Origin: an uncultured delta proteobacterium
GTDB taxonomy: Bacteria; Desulfobacterota; Binatia; UBA9968
Assembly (NCBI GenBank): GCA_963804165.1
Contig: CAWDPO010000046.1
Span: 64,001 to 128,000, forward strand
Direction: 5' to 3'
Length of the DNA stretch: 64,000 nucleotides
Of the stretch, positions 38,635-48,200 are shown piece by piece. A program made the position numbers and the translations under genes. Within the stretch, counting starts at the first letter, position 1. Every line of letters begins with the position of its first letter. The notes beneath the pieces were generated by a model that made no database searches, had not been told where the DNA came from, and saw only the letters and a list, made by a program, of their open reading frames with translations.

Positions 38635-39084
38635 ATGAACGAGGACGTATTCGCCGGACAATGGCGACAATTACGAGGAACACTAAAATCATGGTGGGGC
38701 AATCTGACTGACGATGATTTCGAGTGGGCGGGGGGACAAAAGGACCGCTTGGTTGGATTGATACAACAGAAATATGGCTGGACTCGCGATCAAGCGCAGG
38801 AGGAAGTCGACCGTCGCTTCAGTGAGTACCAGAACGGCGGAATGGGCCAGAACTTAGGCGACCTCAAGGCGAAGACGTATGCGCTGGGCGAAAATGCCGC
38901 GAGCAAAGCGCGCGAAGCATTTTCCGCGGCGGCGGATGGATTGGAAACAGCCGGTTCTTATGTAAAAGAAACCAATCTTAACGCGATGGTTGCAGATCTA
39001 AGGGACGTTGTACGCAAGTATCCGTTTCACTCACTGCTCATCGGGGTGGGTTTAATTTACTTGTTGTCCCGAAACAGACATTGA
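38635..39084 (+). CDS. CsbD-family stress protein with C-terminal DUF883/ElaB-like membrane tail
   Basis: MNEDVFAGQWRQLRG..KSWWG.LTDDD...G.KDRLVG.IQQKYG.TRDQA; tail VRKYPFHSLLIGVGL. Confidence 0.88.
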   Translation: MNEDVFAGQWRQLRGTLKSWWGNLTDDDFEWAGGQKDRLVGLIQQKYGWTRDQAQEEVDRRFSEYQNGGMGQNLGDLKAKTYALGENAASKAREAFSAAADGLETAGSYVKETNLNAMVADLRDVVRKYPFHSLLIGVGLIYLLSRNRH

Positions 39085-39156
39085 TCAGATATTGGGTTAC
39101 GCGCGACTGGTCATTTGCGTACTTTTCTTTCGATCTTGATCTAGCAGCTAAATCCT

Positions 39157-39492
39157 TTATGGACGTGGGGTTCGCGTTTGCTGGATCTCGTCTGCGGCCA
39201 ATCTTCGCCGCGCGGTGACACGGGCGATCTCGACCCGTTTTTCAGTGATGTAAGCAAGATGCTCAACTTCGGCGACGTCGCGCTCTTCCGCCCACAACTT
39301 TTCCGCGGCTTCCAACGTCTGCCCGGCTTTATCCAGCGCTGTCCCAGCGTTGCGAACGATGGCCGGATCTTGGCGAGCCTTTTCGTAGACCTCGCGAGCC
39401 CGGTCCAGTGCAGGATTGCGGACCGTCGAGCAGGCAGCCGATAACGCGGTTATCAGCAGCACTGCCATCCAAAGAGTGCGTCCACCGCGCAT
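39157..39492 (-). CDS. DUF4398-like lipoprotein (no OmpA domain)
   Basis: Lipobox SAA-C; NPALDRAR, A.TALDKA, HLAY.TEKRVEIAR. Confidence 0.8.
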   Translation of the reverse strand: MRGGRTLWMAVLLITALSAACSTVRNPALDRAREVYEKARQDPAIVRNAGTALDKAGQTLEAAEKLWAEERDVAEVEHLAYITEKRVEIARVTARRRLAADEIQQTRTPRP

Positions 39493-39494
39493 AG

Positions 39495-39929
39495 CTACTC
39501 CTTTTCGGCGCCGGGCGTGACCGGTGTTCGCGACTCAAGTTCAGCTCGCGTCGGCGGGACTTCCGACTTTTTCCAAAGTTGATCGGCGGCGCGCCGCACA
39601 ACTTCGGCTTCGGCTTTCGCTTCGGCAAGCTCGGCGTCGACTTGAGCGCCCTCGGCAAGGCGGCGTGCTTCGTCATATCGCCCGGCGGCCATGGCAAGCT
39701 TGGCTTTGGCCAATTTGTCCCGCGCATTTTTGTAGTCCACGGGTGCCAGTTCCTCGGCTTTTGCCTCGTCGGCTGCGCGCGCGCCCAGCTCCGCTCTCGC
39801 TAAACTATCAGTCGGTGGCTTGGTCATGCTGCAGCCTGAAAAAATGATGAGCGCGGCGACTGCTGCGCTATAGAATAAATGTTTTTCGCCTCCCACGATC
39901 CCGCCCTTCGAATCACAGTTCCGGCTCAT
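39495..39929 (-). CDS. DUF4398 lipoprotein
   Basis: Lipobox FSG-C; A.ELAP, ARDKL.KA, ARRLAE.AQVDAELAEAKA. Confidence 0.85.
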   Translation of the reverse strand: MSRNCDSKGGIVGGEKHLFYSAAVAALIIFSGCSMTKPPTDSLARAELGARAADEAKAEELAPVDYKNARDKLAKAKLAMAAGRYDEARRLAEGAQVDAELAEAKAEAEVVRRAADQLWKKSEVPPTRAELESRTPVTPGAEKE

Positions 39930-40023
39930 GACGTTGCTCCAGGTTAAGCGCCAGCATCATCCATCCGCTGAATCAGAGTCGGGCCACGATCAATGACATC
40001 GACTACATACAAATTATATAACC

Positions 40024-40037
40024 TTAACCATGGTTAA
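40024..40037. promoter_or_regulatory. Perfect 14-bp palindrome, possible operator
   Basis: TTAACCATGGTTAA, between divergent genes. Confidence 0.35.
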
Positions 40038-40307
40038 CAAGACGGGACGTCATGTTGTTTACGGATGGTTTCGACTAGAGTCTATCAATGAGATGTATAT
40101 CGAAAGACTCGTGCCTGCGTTTGTCTCAGGATCGAGATGACCATGCGCATGAAGTTTTCGTTCCGCATAATGGATTTCTGCCGTTGACAAGACCGCCCGA
40201 TACCGGATATTTGCAAAGGGTGATCTGGAGCTCCGCTTGAGCGCGCCGCCGGGCGCCCGAGTCAAAACAAATCGTAACCTTTTTATTCATAAAAGGAGGA
40301 TCTTACC

Positions 40308-41477
40308 GTGGTAATGCTTGGCACCGACATGAAAATCGCCGAGACCCCGAAAACGGGTCTTAAAGATTATGCAAAGGCCGATCCCTATGCCGATTGGCTC
40401 AAGGCGGAAGGCGTCAAAGTCCATGAAGAATTCTATTTCCCAAGCTTAGCGAAGGTCGAGCTCGGGCCGTGGGAACGCAAAGGTGGTTTCGGCGCAGTCG
40501 CTCATATCGATAACCGCCACATGCCTAATGACTGTCATGTCATTGAGATCAAACCGGGCGGCAAATCCGAGCCGGAGCATCACATGTACGAGCTCACGAT
40601 CTACGTCGTGTCCGGCCAGGGCGCGACGTCGATCTGGCAGGGCGGGAAAGACGAGAAGAACAAGAAAAGTTTCGAATGGAACGCCGGCAGCCTGTTTTCC
40701 ATTCCGCTCAATGCCTGGTACCAGAACTTCAACGGCAGCGGCAAAGAGCCCGCGCGCTACATCGCCGTGACCAATGCGCCGCCGATGATGCGCCTGTTTC
40801 GCGACAACAATTTTATTTTTAACAATGATCACATGTTCACGTCGCGCTACGCCGGCGAAGAGGACTATTTCAGCGGCAAGGGAAAACTCTTCAACCGGCG
40901 GATCTGGGAATCCAACTTCATCGCCAACGCGCCGGACATGCTGCTCTACGGATGGAAGGAACGCGGCGCCGGTGGCATCAACGCGATGTTAGAGATGGCC
41001 GACAACAACACCAAGAGCCATATCTCCGAGTTTCCCATCGGCACGTACAAAAAAGCGCACCGTCACGGTCCGGGCGCACACTTGGTTTTGCTCAGCGGCA
41101 CCGGCGGTTATTCGTTGATCTGGACCAAAGACGATCGCTCCGACATGATCAAATGCGATTGGGCGCTGGGCTCGATGGTCACGGTGCCCAGCGATAACTG
41201 TTATCACCAACACTTCAACTCGGGCACGACTCGGGCCCGTTACCTGGCGCTGCGTCCGGGCGACATGGGATTGTATAAGGGTCGCGGCGGCGGCGGCGAT
41301 TTCGCCGATCGAAGCATGAAAGAAGGCGGCTGGCAGATCGAATACGACGACGAAGACCGCGAAATCCACCAAATCTTCGAAAAAGAGCTAAAGGCCCACG
41401 GCGCGACGTGCAAGATGAAAGCGTTCGTGCCATGGTGCACCGGCGAAGTGGGACCGACGAGCGAGCGCGACACCTAG
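40308..41477 (+). CDS. Bicupin protein
   Basis: EHHMYE..YV.SG.G and KAHRHGPGAH...HQHFN cupin motifs; AGGAGG RBS. Confidence 0.88.
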   Translation: MVMLGTDMKIAETPKTGLKDYAKADPYADWLKAEGVKVHEEFYFPSLAKVELGPWERKGGFGAVAHIDNRHMPNDCHVIEIKPGGKSEPEHHMYELTIYVVSGQGATSIWQGGKDEKNKKSFEWNAGSLFSIPLNAWYQNFNGSGKEPARYIAVTNAPPMMRLFRDNNFIFNNDHMFTSRYAGEEDYFSGKGKLFNRRIWESNFIANAPDMLLYGWKERGAGGINAMLEMADNNTKSHISEFPIGTYKKAHRHGPGAHLVLLSGTGGYSLIWTKDDRSDMIKCDWALGSMVTVPSDNCYHQHFNSGTTRARYLALRPGDMGLYKGRGGGGDFADRSMKEGGWQIEYDDEDREIHQIFEKELKAHGATCKMKAFVPWCTGEVGPTSERDT

Positions 41478-41553
41478 CCGGAAACGTTTACGGCGGGGCA
41501 TCGGATCATCAGCCGATGCCCCGCTTACTTTCTGAGTGTTCCCCGGCTGCGAC

Positions 41554-41730
41554 AGACTGTGTGAAAACACCGTTCATGGTTTCCTTCGACGGAGTTTATC
41601 CTGAGCGAAGCCGAAGGGCTGAGGACAAGCTGCTCACCACGAACGGTGTGGTCTGATTAGGAATAGAGTACTTATCCGTTCGCCCTGAGCAGCGCCGTCG
41701 AAGGGCTCCGAGGGAGTTTTTACACAGTCT
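41554..41730. mobile_element. 177-bp MITE-like element with 15-bp terminal inverted repeats enclosing a REP doublet
   Basis: AGACTGTGTGAAAAC...GTTTTTACACAGTCT; homologous to 26341..26494. Confidence 0.8.
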
Positions 41731-41760
41731 GGCGAGTAACAGGCGAGAATGGAGACCGTT

Positions 41761-42144
41761 TCAGATTCTGCTACTGCGCAATAACGGCAGTAAACGGCTG
41801 CGTAACCGGCCCTCTTCGAAGACGATAATGCTGCCCTGCTGGAGCAGGTCGGAGATCGTCGAGAGATTCGCCAAGAGCAAGTCGGCTTGTGCTTCAGGAC
41901 GTTGCGCCGACTCTCGGCCAAATAAAATCACCGAAGGTTTTGCCGCTTGCCGCATGGCCAATATCGTGCCGAAGTCAGTGCCGGCCGATACGAGCACGCG
42001 AACTTCTTCCGCGGCGCGATCAAAAATAACTTCATCGTCGGCTTTGTGAATGCCGTAGCGGCGCACTTGCACGCAGTCGTGTCCGGCCATACGCAGAGTC
42101 TCTGCGAACACCGGCGACAACGAGTTGTCGATGAGGAAGTTCAC
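41761..42144 (-). CDS. DUF5615 PIN-like toxin (VapC45-like)
   Basis: MNFLIDNSLS, GHD, ADDEVI..A, LVSAGTDFG; the usual D of xDxDF appears as G. Confidence 0.85.
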   Translation of the reverse strand: MNFLIDNSLSPVFAETLRMAGHDCVQVRRYGIHKADDEVIFDRAAEEVRVLVSAGTDFGTILAMRQAAKPSVILFGRESAQRPEAQADLLLANLSTISDLLQQGSIIVFEEGRLRSRLLPLLRSSRI

Positions 42145-42371
42145 CGAGGGCCAACCAAGGGAAGCTCTCGTTCGCGCACGGCTTGGGCGGCAAAGCGAAG
42201 AGCTTCGCGGATATCCTCCGCTTCGAGATCAGGATAGGAGTCAAGAATCTCCTTCGCCTCCATGCCGTCGGCGATCATGCCGACCACCGTGGCAACCGGT
42301 ATACGCAAACTTCTGATACAAGCCACTCCATCCATCTGTCTTGGACTCACCGTGATTCGTTCGAATTTCAT
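42141..42371 (-). CDS. DUF433 antitoxin (VapB45-like)
   Basis: RITVSP.QMDG.ACIR.LRIPV, EIL..YPDLEAEDI.EAL.FAA; 4-nt overlap with the toxin gene. Confidence 0.9.
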   Translation of the reverse strand: MKFERITVSPRQMDGVACIRSLRIPVATVVGMIADGMEAKEILDSYPDLEAEDIREALRFAAQAVRERELPLVGPR

Positions 42372-42410
42372 CACCCTCCTCCGGAGCAAGCAGACACTGT
42401 CCGTGCAGTA

Positions 42411-43538
42411 TTATCCCGAATCTTTTCCCGCACTACAATAACGTGACCACGCGAGTTTCATTTCGGGCGCGGTGTCACGCAGCGCAGCGTCCGGTTGTTT
42501 GAGCTTGCCGCGGCGCAGCAGACGCACAGCGCTTACCAGGCTGCGCGCCGCGTTGCGCACTTCTTCTTGAAAGTCTCGGTCACGATCCAAATCGTCGTGA
42601 CTGCTGGCGTACGGCTTGTAGTAACCGACGTAACCGTCGACCAGCGCAGCGGACCCCGCAGCGATGAGTTCCATGTCCGTCAACCAATCCGTGAGAATCC
42701 GTCTGAGCGTTTCCGCGCCGGCGGCGTCGCCATGGACGACGACCGAGAAAACGCGCCCAGCGAGATGGCGCGGATAGTGCCATCCCTTGAGCTCCAATGA
42801 TTTTGCGCGTTGAGGATTTTTACCTCCGGTCAGAGTCGGGTCAGGATTTCCGCCGTCGGCACAGACCAATCTGTCGATCATGAGTTTGAGCGAGCTGGGC
42901 GCCTGATACCAGTTGACTGGACACAAGATCATCACGCCATGAGCCGCCGCCCAGCGCGGATAGATTTCCGCCATCCAGTCGTTCACTTGTCCCATGGCGT
43001 GATTGGGATAACAGGAGCAGGGCCAATGGCATAACGGCATGGCGGTGGACACACATGCTTTGCAGGGATAGATAATGCGGCCGTATTCTGACGCAAGCCT
43101 GCTGAGGTCCAGCAGATCGACTTCGAAGCCTTTCGCGCCGACGATAACTTTTTCGGCCATTTTGGTGAGACGAAAGGTCTTCGACATTTCACCGGGACAA
43201 GTCTGATCGCTGCGGCTGGAACCATTGATCAGCAGAACGCGCGAATTTGACCGAGGATTTTTCTGGCGTTTTTCCGCCTGCTCGATGGCTTTGCGGGTCT
43301 CCAGCCACTCGACCGGAAGGGGAAACTCAGGGTCGCTGAAGCGCGGCCCGGCTTGCTGTGTCCGCGGACTCTTGTGATATTCAGTATAGTTTTTCCATGC
43401 CAGCCCGATGATTTTTTCTATTTCCGGAAGGACCGCGGTGAAAGTTGGATCGTAAAAGCGCTCGCGGGCACGCCTGAAGAATTCTTCCTTGGCGAGTTGA
43501 ACACTCGGCGTACCTGTACGCACCTTGGGTTGACGCAT
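42411..43538 (-). CDS. Flavodoxin-like / NADPH-dependent FMN reductase family protein with Cys motif
   Basis: LLINGSSR, TCPGE.SKT, PCKACVST...CHWPCSCYP, PVNWYQ, LKLMIDRLVC. The true end may be PRPK* at 42458 if there is an extra base near 42473. Confidence 0.85.
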   Translation of the reverse strand: MRQPKVRTGTPSVQLAKEEFFRRARERFYDPTFTAVLPEIEKIIGLAWKNYTEYHKSPRTQQAGPRFSDPEFPLPVEWLETRKAIEQAEKRQKNPRSNSRVLLINGSSRSDQTCPGEMSKTFRLTKMAEKVIVGAKGFEVDLLDLSRLASEYGRIIYPCKACVSTAMPLCHWPCSCYPNHAMGQVNDWMAEIYPRWAAAHGVMILCPVNWYQAPSSLKLMIDRLVCADGGNPDPTLTGGKNPQRAKSLELKGWHYPRHLAGRVFSVVVHGDAAGAETLRRILTDWLTDMELIAAGSAALVDGYVGYYKPYASSHDDLDRDRDFQEEVRNAARSLVSAVRLLRRGKLKQPDAALRDTAPEMKLAWSRYCSAGKDSG

Positions 43539-43643
43539 AATTCCTCCTTGCGAACTTTGCGCACGTCGCGGATCTAGTTAGAGGGATGTCGGGTGATCGC
43601 TTTCAATGACACATGATCGGAACAATGCGGGTGAGGCCGCGCA

Positions 43644-45248
43644 CTAGACGGTTTCGTTTGATTGGCTGCGTGTAACGGGAGTATCACTCGCCTGGTTCTC
43701 GGCAGATTGGTTTCCCAAAGGGAGATAGATTTCAAACGTTGTTCCCTTGGCCGGCGTGCTCTGGAAAGCGATTCTTCCGCCGTGATTTTTAATGATCCGT
43801 TCGCAAATCGGCAGCCCCAGGCCCAAGCCTTTGGTCTTCTTCGCCGTAAAAAATGGCAGAAAAATCTTCGATAGATTTTCTTCTTCGATGCCAAATCCGG
43901 TGTCGGTCACGGTGACGACCAGCAACGGCGCGTCGCCGTTGGTCGTCGACAGCTTCGCTCCCAAGATCAACTTGCCGCCGTGGGGCATGGCGTCGATGGC
44001 ATTTAAATAAATATTGATCAACACCTGCTCGAGCTGCTTCGAATCGGCGTCGATCATCGGCAGTTGTTTGTCCATGTCGAAGCACAGCTCGATTTTTTGT
44101 TGGTAGAGACGGTTGCCCACCAGGTTGGCGGTCTTCTCGATGATTTGTTGTATCTCCGTCGGGTGAAGTTCGGCCGCGCTTGGACGGGAGAATTGCAGGA
44201 GTTCCTGGATGATCTTTTGGCAACGCTTGGTCTCGTCATCGATGATTTTCAGATAGCGATATTGCGGGCTGTTGGCATCGGTCTCGCTCAAAAGATCCTG
44301 GGCGAAGCCCATGACGATTCCCAACGGGTTGTTGAATTCGTGCGCCATGGATGCGGTGATCTCGCCGAGGGAAACCAGCCGGCCCGAGGCGATCAGTTGC
44401 TGCTCCAACTCCTCGGCCTGCCGGCGTAGCTTTTGTTCGCTCTCGCGCAGCGCCTCGTCGACCCGTCGTCTTTCGGTCAAGTCGCGGGTCACGACGGAAA
44501 AACCGACGACGTTCAGACGCTCGTCGAGCAGCGCCGATACGACGGTGTCGGCCCAGAAACGGCCGCCATCTTTGCGCACACGCCAGCCCTCTTGCTCGCA
44601 GCGGCCCGTTGCCGCGGCTTCGCTCAGCGCTTGTCCCGGCAGACCCAACGCTTGATCTTCGACCGTGTAAAAGCGGCTAAACAGCTCGCCGGTGATCTCT
44701 TCTTCCCTGAAGCCTTCGATCTTTTCGGCTCCGGTGTTCCACGACGTGACTCGGCCGTCGGGATCGAGCATGAAAATGGCGTAGTCTTGCATGCTTTCAA
44801 CCAGCAGGCGGAAGCGCTCCTCACTTTGCTGCAGCGCTTTTTGTTTCAGTCGCTCGTTCATATGAAACAGATCGACGAATACGGCGACCTTGGATTTCAG
44901 CACTTCAGGGACGACGGGCTTGAACAAATAGTCGACCGCGCCGCTTGCCACGCCGCGATACACGTCGGCTTCCAGGGTATCGATCGCCGAGAGGAAAATG
45001 ATCGGAATATGGCGCAGGCGCTCGCTCTGGCGGATCAGCTCCGCGGTTTCGAAGCCGTCCATGTCCGGCATGCGCACGTCGAGCAATATTAGGGCGAATT
45101 CCTGGCGCAGCAGGCGGCGTAGCGCTTCCCTGCCCGAGCCGACGGCGACGATCGTCCGCCCCGGCCCGGACAGCAACGCTTCCATGGCCAACAGCGATCT
45201 TTGGTCGTCGTCGACGATGAGGATGTCAGCTGTCGGTTCTGAGTTCAT
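43644..45248 (-). CDS. Hybrid sensor kinase REC-PAS-HisKA-HATPase
   Basis: ILIVDD, LLDVRMP, GAVDYLFKP; PAS WNTGAE...RKDG; AHEFNNPL; NAIDA, DTGFGI, FFT, GLGLGL. Confidence 0.93.
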   Translation of the reverse strand: MNSEPTADILIVDDDQRSLLAMEALLSGPGRTIVAVGSGREALRRLLRQEFALILLDVRMPDMDGFETAELIRQSERLRHIPIIFLSAIDTLEADVYRGVASGAVDYLFKPVVPEVLKSKVAVFVDLFHMNERLKQKALQQSEERFRLLVESMQDYAIFMLDPDGRVTSWNTGAEKIEGFREEEITGELFSRFYTVEDQALGLPGQALSEAAATGRCEQEGWRVRKDGGRFWADTVVSALLDERLNVVGFSVVTRDLTERRRVDEALRESEQKLRRQAEELEQQLIASGRLVSLGEITASMAHEFNNPLGIVMGFAQDLLSETDANSPQYRYLKIIDDETKRCQKIIQELLQFSRPSAAELHPTEIQQIIEKTANLVGNRLYQQKIELCFDMDKQLPMIDADSKQLEQVLINIYLNAIDAMPHGGKLILGAKLSTTNGDAPLLVVTVTDTGFGIEEENLSKIFLPFFTAKKTKGLGLGLPICERIIKNHGGRIAFQSTPAKGTTFEIYLPLGNQSAENQASDTPVTRSQSNETV

Positions 45249-48200
45249 AATTGACTCGAGCGATCCGCTGCTTGCCGAAAAGCCAAATACGCAGGAGCGC
45301 GAGCAGCTCCTCCGTATCGACGGGTTTGGCGATGTAATCGGACGCGCCGGCATCGAGACACTTCTCACGATCGCCCTTCATCGCTTTGGCGGTCAGGGCC
45401 AGAATCGGCAAAAGCCGATGTTTAGAGTTAAGGCGTATCCTGCGCATGGTCTCGTAGCCGTCCATCTCGGGCATCATGATATCCATCAAGACGGCGTCAA
45501 TTTCCCGATCTTCATCGAGGAGCGAGATGGCTTCTGTGCCGTTCTCCGCATTGACGACATGAACGCCATGCTGCTCGAGCAGGCTGGTCAAGGCGAAAAT
45601 ATTACGCACATCGTCGTCCACGACAAGCACTTTCCGGCCGATAAGCGCCTCATCGGATTGACGCAGCCGTTCCAGCATCTGGCGCTTGCCGCTGGGCAGA
45701 TCGGAGGCAAACAGATGGAGGAACAACGACACTTCGTCGAGTAACCGCTCGGGCGATTGCACGTCTTTGAGGACCACGCTCTCGGCCATCCTCGCCAGGC
45801 GCTGGCCATCGTCCTCGGTCAGGTCTTTGCCCGTGCAGACCACGATCGGCAGTTCGCGCAGCTCGGGATTCTGCCGAATGTTCTCCATGAGATCGAAGCC
45901 AGAGATGTCGGGTAGCCGGAGGTCCAATATCAAGCAATCGAAGTTTTTATCGCGCAATTGGTCTAAAGCTTCCGCGCCCGTTGCGGCGGTGAAGATCTCC
46001 ACGTCGTCATGATTCAGCAGCTCGACAATGCTCTGTCTCTCGATCTCGTTATCTTCAACCACCAACAAGCGGCGTTGGCGTGATTGGGCGTACTGCATCA
46101 CCCGATCGAAAGCCTTTTTCAGGTCATCGGTGGTCGCCGGCTTAATGAGGTAGGAAAACGCTCCGTGGCCGAGACCCTGCAGACGTTCTTCCTCGACGCT
46201 GATGATCTGCACGGGAATGTGGCGCGTTGATGGATCTTGCTTGAGTTGATTCAAAACCGTCCAGCCCAGCATGTCCGGCAGGAATATGTCGAGCATGATG
46301 GCAAGCGGCCGGAACTGATGCGCGAGAGATCGCACGTGCGAACCGTGCGTCGAGACCACGCCCTTCAAGCCCTTCTCGCGCACCATGCCGAGCAAGACAT
46401 TGGCGAAATGCGGATCGTCTTCGACGATGAGCACTACAGCGTCGTCCGACGAAACCATTTCGCGGTCGTCCGGAATCTGCTCCGGCTTGGAGGCCTGTTG
46501 CACGATCAGCGGCGCCGGGTGCATCGCGGCACGAGTTTCTGAGGGCACCGTCACGTGCGGGCCAAGGTAGTTCTCGGGCAAATAAAAAGTAAATACGCTG
46601 CCTCGACCGGGGGCGCTGTTCAAGCGGATTTCGCCGCCGAGCAAAGCCGCCAGCTCGCGGCTGATCGCCAGTCCTAAACCGGTGCCGCCGTAGCGCCGGC
46701 TCGTGCCCGCGTCCGCTTGGTGGAATGCTTCGAAAATGATCTTCTGCTTATCCGGCGAAATACCGATACCGGTGTCTCGCACCTCGAAAGCGATCACTCT
46801 TGCGGCGTTATTCAAAGCTACGTGATCGGTGGTCCAGCCACTGGTCGCCACGTTCATGCCGAAGGTGACGCGTCCCTGGGAGGTAAACTTAAAGGCGTTG
46901 GAGAGCAAATTCTTGAGCACCTGCTGGAGGCGCTTGACGTCGGTACTCAAACTGCGTGACAGCTCTGGGTCCATCTCGATTTCGAAGGCCAAATGCTTGC
47001 TTTCGGCGATGTGGCGGAAGCTGCGCTCGACGGCGTCGCGCACGCTTGTGAACAACACCTCTTCGGGTTCCACGGTGACGGTGCCCGACTCGATCTTCGA
47101 GAGGTCGAGAATATCGCTGATGAGGTTCAACAGGTCTGCGCCGGCAGCATGAACGTTGCGCGAAAACTCGACCTGTTTCGGTGTTAAGTTTCCTTCGGCA
47201 TTCTCCGCGAGCTGCTGGGCCAGGATCAGAATGCTGTTCAGCGGCGTGCGCAGCTCGTGCGACATATTGGCGAGAAATTCAGATTTGTACTTGGAGGTGA
47301 GCGCCAACTCGGCGGCTTTTTCTTCCAGGGCGTAGCGCGCCTGCTCGATTTCCTGATTTTTGCGCTCAACCTCTGCGTTCTGTTCGGCGAGCTGTTGGGC
47401 TTTGTGGCCGAGCTCGTCGTTGGTTTGCTGCAATTCTCTCTGCTGCGCCTGAAGCTCGCTGGCGAGTTTCTGCGACTGTTGCAGTAAGCCTTCGGTGCGC
47501 ATGGTGGCTTCGATCGTGTTGAGCACGATGCCGATGCTCTCGGTCAATTGTGACAGGAACGTGAGATGGGTCGAAGTGAACTGCGACAGCGTCGCGAGCT
47601 CGATGACGGCTTTTGTCTCGCCCTCGAACAACACCGGCAAGACGATCAGGTTGCGCGGTTGCGCGTCGCCCAGGCTCGATGTGATGCGCACATATTCGTT
47701 CGGAATGTCGGAAAGAAGGATTGGCCGCTTCTCAACAGCGCACTGGCCGACAAGCCCGTCTCCGAGCGCCAGCCGGGAACGTTCCTCCTGGGTCATGGCG
47801 CGCGCGTAGCTCGCGAGCATGGCGAGATGAGGCTGGCCGTTGCTCGAATCCATTTGATACATCGCGCCGCATTGCGCGTTGACGAGCGGCGCCAACTCGG
47901 AGAGCAGCATCTGACCGACCGTGGTCAGTTCGCGTTGGCCTTGCAGCATGTTCGTGAACTTCGCGAGGTTGGTTTTGAGCCAATCCTGCTCGGTGTTCTG
48001 ATCGGTGGTGGCGCGCAGGTTTTGAATCATCGCGTTGATGTTATCTTTGAGCTCGACAACCTCGCCGCGCGCATCGACTTGAATTTCCCGGGTGAGATCG
48101 CCCTTGGTCACGGCGGTGGCGACGTCGGCAATGGCGCGGACTTGGGTGGTGAGATTGGCGGCAAGCAGGTTCACGTTGTCGGTCAAATCTTTCCAGATGC

